DNA of 61,177 nucleotides from NCBI GenBank assembly GCA_021155885.1, contig JAJNBB010000005.1, forward strand, positions 1 through 61,177, written 5' to 3'. The notes below the pieces were generated by a model. It saw only the letters and a list, made by a program, of their open reading frames with translations, searched no databases and was not told the DNA's origin. Both the position numbers and the translations under genes were made by a program. Origin of the DNA: Fibrobacteria bacterium. GTDB taxonomy: Bacteria; Fibrobacterota; Fibrobacteria; UBA11236. Below are positions 28,608 to 38,299 of the stretch, one piece after another. How positions within the stretch are numbered: the stretch's first letter is position 1; the number at the start of each line of letters is the position of its first letter.

Positions 28608-29429
28608 TTAAAACCTGCGCACCGCCGTGATTCCCGGCGCGGCGCCGTCGCCCAAAGTCGGCCAGAGCTCCGTCCCCCACAAGCCCAGCCCGTCCGGACG
28701 GTGCAGTTGCACAAAGCCCAGGCCGATCAACGAACCCATCACCGCTCCGGCCAGCACGTCCGAGGGAAAATGCTTGCCGGAGGCCACGCGCACGGTCGCG
28801 GCGGCCGTCGCGGCCGTGAGGCTGCCCGCCCAGAGCCACCCCCGATGCTCGAACTCGGGATGCCGCAAGGGATACACCGTCGCCAGGTAGACGGCGCCTA
28901 GGAAGGCCTCGGAGGCGTGGCCCGAATAAAAGCCGCCGGCGGCCTGGGGCTCGGCGCGTTCGGCGGCCGGAGCCTCCGTCCCGTAAACGAAGGGCCGTGG
29001 ACGCAGGCGCATCGCCCGCACGTTCAGGTTGAGCGCGGAGGACCAGGCCAGGGCCTCGCCGAGGATCAGGAGGTCTTCCAGAACGGGACGCCAGGGCGTT
29101 TTGTTCCATCCCGCGTCCCACGCGCCGACGAAGATTGCCGAGCCCCCAACGCCCACGGCCAGGATATCGCTGGCTAGGTCCGCCGCGGGGTTGTAAGTCC
29201 CCGCCGCCCACCTCTCCCAGTAAGGAATGTCCGAACGGCGAAGGTCTTCCGGCCCCGCCGGCCGCATATGGTTCACGCGATAGCGGCCGAGGGTTTGCGC
29301 CGCCACCCCCGTGGTCAAAAGGGCGGTTTCCCGGGGCCAGGAGAACACGAAGGGAGATTTCTCTTGGGCGGGGGCCGAACGAGTGGTAGTAAACAGACAA
29401 ATCAACAAGACAATCGCACAAAATCTCAT
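28608..29429 (-). CDS. PAP2-family phosphatase
   Basis: RPRP, FYSGH, RVASGKHFPSD; signal peptide. Confidence 0.88.
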   Translation of the reverse strand: MRFCAIVLLICLFTTTRSAPAQEKSPFVFSWPRETALLTTGVAAQTLGRYRVNHMRPAGPEDLRRSDIPYWERWAAGTYNPAADLASDILAVGVGGSAIFVGAWDAGWNKTPWRPVLEDLLILGEALAWSSALNLNVRAMRLRPRPFVYGTEAPAAERAEPQAAGGFYSGHASEAFLGAVYLATVYPLRHPEFEHRGWLWAGSLTAATAAATVRVASGKHFPSDVLAGAVMGSLIGLGFVQLHRPDGLGLWGTELWPTLGDGAAPGITAVRRF

Positions 29430-29574
29430 GATAACCCAAAGATAACCGGATGCTTCCCCCGATTTCCTCTGCGAATCGGGACTGAAGGCCTTAACTTCCT
29501 TGGAGGGGGTTTTCTTCCTTCCTTGGAAGGGTTGTCTCCCGGATTCGATCCAGTCGTTGCCCTTAGGAGTTTTC

Positions 29575-30921
29575 ATGCGAATTTTGAAAAATACGGCGGG
29601 CGCCGCCGCCCTGGCCTCCTCGATTCTGGCCGCCGGCTTCGGCGTGGCGGAGGCTCAGCCGACCGACCTGAAAACCTTGGCGATCGCGCGCGGCATCGAC
29701 GTCGGACTTGCGTTGAGTTCCTCGTCCGGCGGTGCGGCGGTGGATACCGTCGTCACGCGCAACTTCACGGGATTCGTGCCCGAGAACGCCACCAAATGGG
29801 GCAACATCTCCAGCGCTCCCGGGGTTTACTCGTGGACGGGCACGGACGGGATGCTGGACTTCGCCCAGAAGTACGGCATGAAAATGCGGTTTCACACCTT
29901 CGTCTGGCACCAACAGAGCAGCTATATCGCCAACGGCCACACGAACGGCGTGGCCCAGCCGCCCGAAGCCAACAAGTACACGCGCGCCGAGGCCTTTACC
30001 CACATGCGCAATCACATCGGCGCGGTGATGGGTCACATCAAGGGCCGCAACGGCGGCCAGATGCATTTGATTTCGGAATGGGACGTGGTGAACGAGGCGG
30101 CGGCGCGCGACAGCGGCAACGACGATTCCCAGAACCTTTACGGGGGCATGCGCCGCAGCACGGGCAACTCCGTCAATCTCGACAGCGGGCTGAGCCGCTG
30201 GACGGGTTATACGCAGGGCGAGACGAACGACTTCGACTACATCGACTCGGCCTTCGCGATCGCGCACCGCAACGACACCACCGCGCGCCTGGTGTACAAC
30301 GATTATGACGCCGAAAGCCTGGGAAAGAAATCCAATACCGTGTACAACTTGATGGCCAAGCTGAAGAACCGCAAGATCCCCGTGCACGTGCTCGGCATGC
30401 AGTGCCACTGGTATATCGGGCCCTCCAACACCGGCTCCAGCGGCGCCTGGGACCCGCAGCAAATCGTGACGAACATGAACCGCATCGCGGCTTTGGGCCT
30501 GGATATTTCCATCACCGAGCTCGACATCCGCTTCCAGAACCCGTCCGATTCGACCAAGCTCTACCAGCAACGGCAGGCCTATGAGACCATCATGAGCATT
30601 TGCCTCAACCAGCCGCGCTGCAAAAAGTTCTACGTGTGGGGCTTGCGCGACGGCTCCAGCTGGATCAACAGCCGGTTTCCGGGCTATGGAAATCCCCTGC
30701 TTTTCTCCGGCTCGGGAAGCACCTACACGCCCAAGCCCGCCTACTACGGCCTGATCGCCTCGCTGCAGACCACTTCGGTGCGCGCCCCCGGCGCGCGGGG
30801 CGCGGTGCGGTTCACCCCGGCCGGCCCTGCTTATGATATCCGCGGACGCCAAATGAAGTCCCTGCCCGCGGGCCCGTCCTCCCTCGTCCGCAAAACCGTT
30901 CCGGCCAAGGCCGCGCGCTAA
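29575..30921 (+). CDS. GH10 endo-1,4-beta-xylanase (secreted)
   Basis: PENATKW, HTFVWHQQ, WDVVNE (acid/base), YNDY, ITELD (nucleophile); AGGAG RBS. Confidence 0.92.
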   Translation: MRILKNTAGAAALASSILAAGFGVAEAQPTDLKTLAIARGIDVGLALSSSSGGAAVDTVVTRNFTGFVPENATKWGNISSAPGVYSWTGTDGMLDFAQKYGMKMRFHTFVWHQQSSYIANGHTNGVAQPPEANKYTRAEAFTHMRNHIGAVMGHIKGRNGGQMHLISEWDVVNEAAARDSGNDDSQNLYGGMRRSTGNSVNLDSGLSRWTGYTQGETNDFDYIDSAFAIAHRNDTTARLVYNDYDAESLGKKSNTVYNLMAKLKNRKIPVHVLGMQCHWYIGPSNTGSSGAWDPQQIVTNMNRIAALGLDISITELDIRFQNPSDSTKLYQQRQAYETIMSICLNQPRCKKFYVWGLRDGSSWINSRFPGYGNPLLFSGSGSTYTPKPAYYGLIASLQTTSVRAPGARGAVRFTPAGPAYDIRGRQMKSLPAGPSSLVRKTVPAKAAR

Positions 30922-30935
30922 AGAAAGACTTAAAC

Positions 30936-32567
30936 ATGAAATTATTGACAACCGTGTGCGCGCTGGCGGGCTTGGCCGTCTCCATTTCCGCCCAGCCCGA
31001 CACGCTGAGGAAGCTGGCCGACCTGCGCGGCCTCCGCGTCGGGGCCGCGGTCACCTTCCCTTCCGGAAACAACGCCGCCAACCGCCCCGAGTACGAGCGC
31101 GTCCTGAGGACCAGCTTTAACACGGTGGTGTGCGAGAACGCCATGAAGTTCCAGAACCTGTTCCAGGGAAGCACCCGCGGCGTCTATAACTGGAGCCCTG
31201 CGGACGCGATCGCCCATTTCGCCGACAGCAACGGCATGCAGTTACGTGGCCATACCTTCGTGTGGCACAGCCAGACCGCCACCTGGTTCAACAACCTGAC
31301 GGGCACCGCGACCTCTCGTGACACCACGCTCAAGATCATGCGGGAACATATCGACTCGGTGGGGAGCCGCTACAAGGGCCGCATCAAGGAGTGGGACGTG
31401 GTGAACGAGGCCATCGCCCAAAGCGGCGGGACTTCGCCGAATTACCGCACCGACTCGCGGTGGTACAGCCGCACGGGCGGCATCGATTACATCGATTCGG
31501 CCTTCGCGTACGCCCAGCGCATCGACTCGGGCGCCCTGCTGGCCTATAACGACTTCGGCGCGGAAGGGATGAACAACAAGTCCCAGAACGTCTACGATTT
31601 GGTGTCAGGACTCAAGCAGCGCGGCGCCCCCATCCACATCGTGGGGTTGCAGGCCCATTTCAACCTGACCGACCACGACACCGCGGCCATCGGCCAGAAC
31701 ATGCGGCGCCTGGCGGCGCTCGGGTTCCTGATCTCCTTCACGGAAATCGACATTCAGACCTCGAACAGCACGACGAACCTGGAAACCCAGAAGGACAAGT
31801 ACAAGGCCCTGATGGCTCTTTGCCTTTCGGTGCCGGCTTGCAAGTCCTACATGGCCTGGGGAGTGAACGACGCGCAGTCGTGGCGCGGCGCGAACGCGGT
31901 CGCTCTCCTGTTCACCGGCACCAGCACCATCACGCCCAAGCCCGCCTATTGGGGCGTGGTCGAGGCCCTGGCCGCCGGAAGCACGCAGACCTCCATTCCC
32001 TCTGCGCCGTGGAACGTGACCGCGTCGCGGGCTCCGGGGGCAAGTTCCGCCGTCGTTTCGTGGAAGGCGCCCGGGACCGACGGCCGCAGCCCCATCACCG
32101 GTTACAAGGTTACCACGGTTTCGGATACCACGAAAACCTGCACAACGACCGGGGCGCGGTCCTGCACGGTCACGGGACTGTCGGCCGACTCGAATTACCG
32201 CTTTGTAGTTCGTGCCACCAATGCTATCGGCGTCAGCGGCGTTTCGCCGCCCTCGCCCGGGGCCGGCTCGGGCGTGGTCTCGATCGCCACCACCGCCCGC
32301 GAGATGGCCGCGGGCCGCTTCACCAACGGCTATGCCTACCAGGTGCCCGAGGCGGCCGTGCGCGGCACCTCGGAACTGAGCCTTACGGTTTCGGATCTGA
32401 AGGGGCACGTCGTGTGGAAAAAGTCGGTTCGTCCCTCGCAGAGCGGCGTGCGTGAAATTTCCTGGAACGCGGGCTCGGCGCCGTCGGGCGTTTACATTCT
32501 GCATGTGCGCGCGGTCCAAAACGGCAAGAGCCATGAGGCGACCCAGCGCAGCCTGAAGCTTCGGTAG
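30936..32567 (+). CDS. GH10 xylanase + FN3 + T9SS-like C-terminal domain
   Basis: ENAMK, GHTFVWHSQ, WDVVNE, FTEID; FN3 (VSWKAP, ITGYKV, YRFVVRATN); DLKG...PSGVYIL. Confidence 0.92.
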   Translation: MKLLTTVCALAGLAVSISAQPDTLRKLADLRGLRVGAAVTFPSGNNAANRPEYERVLRTSFNTVVCENAMKFQNLFQGSTRGVYNWSPADAIAHFADSNGMQLRGHTFVWHSQTATWFNNLTGTATSRDTTLKIMREHIDSVGSRYKGRIKEWDVVNEAIAQSGGTSPNYRTDSRWYSRTGGIDYIDSAFAYAQRIDSGALLAYNDFGAEGMNNKSQNVYDLVSGLKQRGAPIHIVGLQAHFNLTDHDTAAIGQNMRRLAALGFLISFTEIDIQTSNSTTNLETQKDKYKALMALCLSVPACKSYMAWGVNDAQSWRGANAVALLFTGTSTITPKPAYWGVVEALAAGSTQTSIPSAPWNVTASRAPGASSAVVSWKAPGTDGRSPITGYKVTTVSDTTKTCTTTGARSCTVTGLSADSNYRFVVRATNAIGVSGVSPPSPGAGSGVVSIATTAREMAAGRFTNGYAYQVPEAAVRGTSELSLTVSDLKGHVVWKKSVRPSQSGVREISWNAGSAPSGVYILHVRAVQNGKSHEATQRSLKLR

Positions 32568-32590
32568 CTTTGCCTCGCCCGTGAATATTT

Positions 32591-32617
32591 AAAGCCCCGC
32601 CTGCGCGGGGCTTTTTT
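32591..32617 (+). terminator. Intrinsic terminator after the GH10 pair
   Basis: AAAGCCCCGC-CTGC-GCGGGGCTTTTTT. Confidence 0.8.
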
Positions 32618-32640
32618 GTGCTTGGTATCTTTGTCTCTCC

Positions 32641-34620
32641 ATGCGCGTCCTCCTGATCGACAACCACGACTCCTTTTCCGCCATCCTGCGAAACGCCCTG
32701 TGGGAGCTGACGGGGGAAAAGCCCCTGTTCTTCCGCAACGACGAGCTGACGCGCGAGGACCTGCAATCCCTTTCCTTCGACGCGGCCGTGTTGTCGCCCG
32801 GCCCCGGCCACCCCTCCCGGGTGCGGGATTTCGGCGTCTGCCGGGACCTGCTCCAGCTTTATCCCGACCTGCCCGTGCTGGGCGTCTGCCTCGGGCATCA
32901 AGGCCTCGCCCACTTCGCCGGCGCGCGGGTGGTCCCCGTTCCGGGAGCCCTGCACGGACGCACCGGCCGCGTCCGCCACGGCGGCGAGGGCATCTTCCGC
33001 GGCCTGCCGGCCGACTTTGAGGCCATCCGGTACCACTCGCTCGCCGTCGAGGCGGATTCCCTGCCCAGTAACGTTCAGGTTACGGCGGTTTCCGTCGAGG
33101 ACGGCCGGATTATGGGCCTGGCCTTTCTCGACCGGCCCTGGCACGGCGTGCAGTTTCACCCCGAGTCGATCGGCACGCCTTCGGGCGCGGCCCTGCTGAA
33201 GAATTTCCTGGACCTCGCCGCACCCTCCCGCGCGGTTCCCGCCGCGCGTCCGCCGGGACCCGCCGAGACCCGCGCTCCGGTTCCCCCCGGTTCCCCGGTT
33301 CCGTTCCGGGAACTTTCCTGGCGCGATCCTGCCGAGGTGTTCTCCGGGTTTTTCACGGAAGCCTCGGGAACGTTCTGGCTGGATGGACGCCGGCCTCCCG
33401 CGTCCGCCGCATCGGGTTGGCCGGTGACGGTGATGGGAAAGGCCGGGGCGTTTTTCGAGTTTCGCGATTTCTCTTCCCTGCGGGACTGGATGGCCGGGCT
33501 GGATCTCGACGGAGATCGCGCCGCCCCGTGGGCGGGCTACCGGGGCGGCCCCGTGGGGCATCTCGCGTACGAACTCCATCGCGATACATTGGGGACAAAG
33601 AAGGAACCAGAGTTGCATTCAGGGGAACCGCTTTCCCGCTGGATGTTGCCTGAGGGATACCTCGTGTTCGACCAGGAGGCGGCGAGGGCGTTCGCCGCGT
33701 GGGAAGGGGAGGCTCCCCCCGGCTGGCTCCGGACGATCCTGGAGGCCTGGAACGAACCTCCGGTCCCGTCCGCCGTCTCCGCCTCGGCCCTGCCTCCCTT
33801 CCAGGAATGGGAACCGCTGCTGTCCGAAACGGAATACAAGGAGCGCGTGCTTTCGCTGCAGGATTCCATCGCGCGCGGGGAGACCTACGAGGCATGCCTG
33901 ACCCACGCGTTTTCGGCGCGTTCCCCGGCGGATGCCCGCGCGGTTTTTCGGCGCCTGCGGGAACGCAACCCCGCTCCCTATGCCGCCTGGCTGGCGTTTC
34001 CCGACGTCCGGATCCTTTCGGCCTCGCCCGAGTTATTCCTCGAGATCTCCCCCGCCGGCGTGCTGCGCGGCCGGCCGATCAAGGGGACGCGCCCGCGCGG
34101 AAAAAGCGCCGCCGAGGATGCGGCTTTGCGCGAGGGCCTGCGCGGCTCGGTCAAGGACGGCGCCGAGAACCGCATGATCGTGGATTTGACCCGCCACGAC
34201 TTCAGCCGCGTCTGCGCGCCGGGCAGCGTCGAGGTTCCCTTCTTTCTGGAGGTCGAGGCGCATCCCGCGGTGTTCCAGATGGTCTCGGAGGTTCGGGGCG
34301 CGCTGGCGGCGGCAAAGACCGCGCTGGACGCGGTGGAGGCCTGCTTTCCGGGAGGCTCGATGACGGGCGCACCCAAGGAGCGCACCGTGGAACTGCTGGA
34401 GAAGCTGGAGGCGGGGCCGCGCGGGGTGTATTCCGGAGCCCTGGGCTGGTTCACGCGCGGCGGCGCCCTGACGCTCTCGATGGTGATCCGGACCCTGGAA
34501 AACCGGGGTGACCGCTGGCGCGTCGGCTGCGGCGGCGCGGTCCTGGCCGATTCCGATCCCGAGGCGGAATGGCGCGAAGCCGTGCTCAAGGCCCGCAGCG
34601 TGATCGACGCGGCGGGTTAA
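32641..34620 (+). CDS. pabB: Fused aminodeoxychorismate synthase (PabA GATase + PabB); a TrpG-TrpE type fusion is not excluded
   Basis: IDNHDSF, SPGPG, GVCLG, RYHSL, QFHPES; SPELF, PIKGTRPR, ENRMIVDL, PGGSMTGAPK. Confidence 0.85.
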   Translation: MRVLLIDNHDSFSAILRNALWELTGEKPLFFRNDELTREDLQSLSFDAAVLSPGPGHPSRVRDFGVCRDLLQLYPDLPVLGVCLGHQGLAHFAGARVVPVPGALHGRTGRVRHGGEGIFRGLPADFEAIRYHSLAVEADSLPSNVQVTAVSVEDGRIMGLAFLDRPWHGVQFHPESIGTPSGAALLKNFLDLAAPSRAVPAARPPGPAETRAPVPPGSPVPFRELSWRDPAEVFSGFFTEASGTFWLDGRRPPASAASGWPVTVMGKAGAFFEFRDFSSLRDWMAGLDLDGDRAAPWAGYRGGPVGHLAYELHRDTLGTKKEPELHSGEPLSRWMLPEGYLVFDQEAARAFAAWEGEAPPGWLRTILEAWNEPPVPSAVSASALPPFQEWEPLLSETEYKERVLSLQDSIARGETYEACLTHAFSARSPADARAVFRRLRERNPAPYAAWLAFPDVRILSASPELFLEISPAGVLRGRPIKGTRPRGKSAAEDAALREGLRGSVKDGAENRMIVDLTRHDFSRVCAPGSVEVPFFLEVEAHPAVFQMVSEVRGALAAAKTALDAVEACFPGGSMTGAPKERTVELLEKLEAGPRGVYSGALGWFTRGGALTLSMVIRTLENRGDRWRVGCGGAVLADSDPEAEWREAVLKARSVIDAAG

Positions 34621-34655
34621 CTTTATAGGCTATGGGCGAAGACCGGGGGACAACG

Positions 34656-35249
34656 ATGAGGTTCTTTACGTGCGTGATTGTGCTTCTCGGGTCGCTGTGG
34701 GCGCTGCCTGCGCGCGCCGAGTTCCACGCGCAAGCGGGCGGCGGCCTTCACGTGCCGAACGGCGACAGCGCGCGCTTTTTCGAGAAGGGTTATCGCCTGG
34801 AACTGGGCGTGGAATACAAGTTCGGGAACAACCTCGGCCTGCTGGTGACGGGCGCCTATAACCGCGACAAGGTCGATGGAGACCGGATCAACGAGGAGAA
34901 TCCTTCCATCCCGGCGGCCGCGACCGTCACGGGCCACGCGGAGATCTATGAGCTGAACCTTTTGCCGAAGTTTTACCTGCTGGACTCCGAGAACCTCGGC
35001 GCCTACTTCATCGGAGGGGGAGGCCCGCGCTGGTTCGAGCGGAAGGTCACCATCACGCCTCCCGTCGGGGCCCCCACCCCCGCGCGCACCCTGGAAAAAT
35101 CCGAGCGCAGCCTTGCGCTCCAGGGAGGCTTCGGCGTCGAGGCGATATTGCCCGGCTCGTTGCGCATCGGCATCAACCCGATGTACACGATCGCCTTCGC
35201 CCAGCACCGCGTCGAATACGCGACGCTCACGATCTATTTGAAGCTATAG
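34656..35249 (+). CDS. Small outer-membrane beta-barrel protein
   Basis: Signal peptide; alternating aromatic/hydrophobic strands (LELGVEY, YFIGGGG, LTIYLKL). Confidence 0.7.
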   Translation: MRFFTCVIVLLGSLWALPARAEFHAQAGGGLHVPNGDSARFFEKGYRLELGVEYKFGNNLGLLVTGAYNRDKVDGDRINEENPSIPAAATVTGHAEIYELNLLPKFYLLDSENLGAYFIGGGGPRWFERKVTITPPVGAPTPARTLEKSERSLALQGGFGVEAILPGSLRIGINPMYTIAFAQHRVEYATLTIYLKL

Positions 35250-35256
35250 CCGGGTT

Positions 35257-35610
35257 TCAGCCCGCGCAGCCGCGGTGCGTGAAGAAGGCCTCCAGGTCCT
35301 CGGCGCGGGCCAGGTCGGCCGCGAGCGCCTCACGCTCTTCGGCGGTCAACCGGATTTGCCGGGCCTCCGCCAGAATCCCGCGCCCCTCCACCAGCTCATT
35401 GAGCGAGATCGCCAGGTCCGTTCGCAGCAGCAGGGCTTGAAAGCGCAGCGGGGCCTGGGCTTTCGGATGCGCCGTCCCGGCCTCGTCCAGGAACCGGGCC
35501 GCTTCGGCGTGCGCGCGGCGCGCTTCGAGCGCCACGGCTTCGGCCAGGGCGGCGCGAAGGGCCGCGCTAGCGGCTGGGGACGGGCTCTCGGCGGAAGGCG
35601 GGGGCGTCAT
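35257..35610 (-). CDS. Hypothetical small helical protein ending FFTHRGCAG
   Basis: Same strand as the GT gene and overlaps it by 44 nt; TPR-like amphipathic helices. Confidence 0.6.
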   Translation of the reverse strand: MTPPPSAESPSPAASAALRAALAEAVALEARRAHAEAARFLDEAGTAHPKAQAPLRFQALLLRTDLAISLNELVEGRGILAEARQIRLTAEEREALAADLARAEDLEAFFTHRGCAG

Positions 35611-38299
35611 GCGCCTTCAAGATAGGAAGGCGCAGCCCGCAATCCTGCAGCAAGCGGTCCATGAGGGGACCGGCCTCGAATTGCGCGGCGCGCTCCACGG
35701 CGGCGCGCCGGAAGGTGGCCGCCCCGTGCGGCTTCGTCAGGTACTCGGCCGCGAGGAAGGCCATGGCCTCCGGGGATCCCGCGTGAAATCCGCAGACCCC
35801 GTTCAGGATGAGATCGCGCGGGCCCTTGGTGTCGTAGGCGATCGCGGGCAGGCCGCAGGCCATGGCTTCGAGGAGCACGCAGGAGAAGGTGTCGAACCAC
35901 GAAGGGAGCAGGAGCAGATCGGCGGCCGCGAAGGCCGCGGCGAGCCGGGCGGGATCCATCCAGCCGAGAAAAACCGCGTCCGGAATTTTCTCCTTCAGCT
36001 CCTCCTCAAGGGGGCCGGTTCCCGCGAAGGCCAGCACGGCTTCGGGGCAGCGGCGGCGAATGTCCGCCAGCACCTGGGGAAGATCGCGCAGCCCTTTTTC
36101 GGCGCTGAGCCGACCCGCGAACAGAAGCACCTTCGCGCCTGCGCGCACCCCGGGAAGCACCTCGGCGCGCTCCACGGTCCGGGGGACGAACTCCGGACGG
36201 GTCCAGTGCGCGGTCAGGTGAAGCTTTTCGCGGGGAAGCCCGAATTCAGGGCTCGCGAAGAGATCGCGCTGCTCGGTATTGAGGAGGAACAGGCCGTCGA
36301 AGGCGCCGTAGAACGCGCGCAGAATGCGGCGCAGGCGATCGGATTGGTGGATGTCCATGTCGGCGTTGCGCCGCGCGAAATCCATCCAGTCGGTGTGCAC
36401 GTAAAAATGCGCGGGCACCCCGAAGGCGTGCTTCAGGTACAGGGCGATGGCGCCCATGGGCGCCTCCGTCGAACAGAGGATGCGGTCGTAGCCCCCGTCC
36501 TGAAACAGCTTTTGGACCTGCAGCAGGTCCGGCACCCGCAGGGGCTGGTCGGGATAGAACGGAAAGCGGAAGGTTTCCACCGATGGCAGCGATACCAGGT
36601 GTTCGCCGGCCTTTTCGGCGGGAACGTCGCAGGCGAAAAAATCGACGGGAAGGTTGCGGCGGCGCACCTCCTCCAGCGTGGCCTGCAAGGCGTGCGAAAC
36701 GCCGTTCTTGTCGAAGAGAGTGTCGGTCAGCCACAGCACGCGCCCCGCGGGGCGGCCGCGTCCCGTGCGTGCCGCGAAGTGGTCCACGAAGGCGCGGCGG
36801 TCGTTCAGCACGGCGTGCGTGGCGTAGGTGGCGCCGCCCAGGACCGTGGAGGCCAGCAGGGGGAAGGGGAGGCCGTCGGTCAGGTTGCCCAGGCTGGACT
36901 CCGCCGTATGCGGCGCGCGGACGGGCTTCTTCTTCTCCGTCCAGGAGCGAAAGTGGATGGGGAGCTCGAACTTCTCGAGGGCGTCCGCGAAGGAAAGCGC
37001 GGGCCCGCCTTGCGTGAAGGGACGCAACTTCGCGCCCAGGCGCCCCAGGAAAATTTCCTGCAGGGTGTGGAACATGCGCGGCAGCACCTCGCGCAGCGCC
37101 CGGATGTTGGCCTCGGGGGACGTTTTGCGCGCGATCGCGAGCGCGTCGATGTCGGCGAGCAGGGGCTTGTAGTCCTTCGAGGTGAGGACCTTCATCCACC
37201 ACGCCGGGCGCTTGCCGCGCAGCCCGCGGCTGAAAACCTTGAGGAAGCGCGAGGTGCGCCGGTGGCGGCGCAGTTCCATCAGGCCGTTGCCGATCATGAA
37301 CGCGTTGAGCTTCTGGCCGGGCTCTCCCTTGTGCAGAAGCAGGCGCACCAAACCGGGGTCCTCCATGCGCAGCGCCGACTGGGAGAAATACTCCAGGAAG
37401 GCCGCCGTAAGCTTCTCCTCGGCGCAGGGCACGCCGAAAGGGGCGATTCGCCCGTCGCGCAAGCCTTCGAGCGCGATTTCCGAAGGCTTGCGCCGCGACT
37501 GCCGCCAGCCGGGCGCGGCGATCAAAGTTCCCGTGGCGCCCGCGAACATCCCGAAGTGGCAGTCGGAGCCCCCCGTGATTTTCTTGACGAACGGATTGCG
37601 GCAGAAGTCGGACGCGCGGAGCCCGAGGCGGCGCTCCATCGATTCGAGGCGCTCCTCGTCCATGCCCCGCACCCATTCCAGCGTCAGCAGGTTCTGCCAG
37701 GAGTCCCGCTGCCCGTTCAGCGCCTCGAAGCGTTCGAACAGCAGCGCGAAGCGGTCCATGATGGAAACGTCGGGAAACTTACCCGGGGCGTAAAAGTGCA
37801 GGGGGTGGGCCAGCACGGTCGGCAGGTTGCGCTCCAGCGCAAAGGCCTGGAACTTGTAGATGTCCTTGCGCAGGGCCTGAAGCTTCTCTTCCTCCCCGGG
37901 CGTGAACCCGAAGGTGAGCACATGCACGCCGACCCCCGCGTCGGGGATCGTGCAGCTGAATTCCGCGCCGACCAGAACGTCCTCTCCCTTGTCAAGCAGG
38001 TCCCAGCAACTGCGCGCGTTGTTGTGGTTCGTGACCGTGACCACGTCCGAACCGTGGCGGCGCAGGGTGCGCACGAGTTCCTTCGTGGGCAGCCATGTCT
38101 CGGGAAGCCGCAGGAGGCGCCCGAGCGTCTCGTCCGGAACGTCGCTGTTGCGGTCGTGGCAGTGCAGGTCGACGCGCAGCACGTCGGCGGCGTCGAGCGA
38201 GGGGAGGGCGCGCCGGGCCTCGACGAGGGCGGTTTCGAGGTCGCTCTCGACGCGCGCGTTGAAGTTCCTGGACGCAGGGGCTTGGTTAAACGGGGACAT
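35567..38299 (-). CDS. PHP phosphoesterase domain fused to GT4 glycosyltransferase
   Basis: PHP: DLHCH, TNHN, GAE, LAHP, GGSDCH; GT4: DT..KNGV, GRLSAEKG, DTFSCVLLEAMACGLP. Confidence 0.88.
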   Translation of the reverse strand: MSPFNQAPASRNFNARVESDLETALVEARRALPSLDAADVLRVDLHCHDRNSDVPDETLGRLLRLPETWLPTKELVRTLRRHGSDVVTVTNHNNARSCWDLLDKGEDVLVGAEFSCTIPDAGVGVHVLTFGFTPGEEEKLQALRKDIYKFQAFALERNLPTVLAHPLHFYAPGKFPDVSIMDRFALLFERFEALNGQRDSWQNLLTLEWVRGMDEERLESMERRLGLRASDFCRNPFVKKITGGSDCHFGMFAGATGTLIAAPGWRQSRRKPSEIALEGLRDGRIAPFGVPCAEEKLTAAFLEYFSQSALRMEDPGLVRLLLHKGEPGQKLNAFMIGNGLMELRRHRRTSRFLKVFSRGLRGKRPAWWMKVLTSKDYKPLLADIDALAIARKTSPEANIRALREVLPRMFHTLQEIFLGRLGAKLRPFTQGGPALSFADALEKFELPIHFRSWTEKKKPVRAPHTAESSLGNLTDGLPFPLLASTVLGGATYATHAVLNDRRAFVDHFAARTGRGRPAGRVLWLTDTLFDKNGVSHALQATLEEVRRRNLPVDFFACDVPAEKAGEHLVSLPSVETFRFPFYPDQPLRVPDLLQVQKLFQDGGYDRILCSTEAPMGAIALYLKHAFGVPAHFYVHTDWMDFARRNADMDIHQSDRLRRILRAFYGAFDGLFLLNTEQRDLFASPEFGLPREKLHLTAHWTRPEFVPRTVERAEVLPGVRAGAKVLLFAGRLSAEKGLRDLPQVLADIRRRCPEAVLAFAGTGPLEEELKEKIPDAVFLGWMDPARLAAAFAAADLLLLPSWFDTFSCVLLEAMACGLPAIAYDTKGPRDLILNGVCGFHAGSPEAMAFLAAEYLTKPHGAATFRRAAVERAAQFEAGPLMDRLLQDCGLRLPILKAHDAPAFRREPVPSR

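Noticed and set aside
35240-35270. Selenocysteine read-through at ...GCAG-UGA
   Set aside because: No SECIS-like hairpin recognised, and read-through would run into the convergent gene 7 nt away
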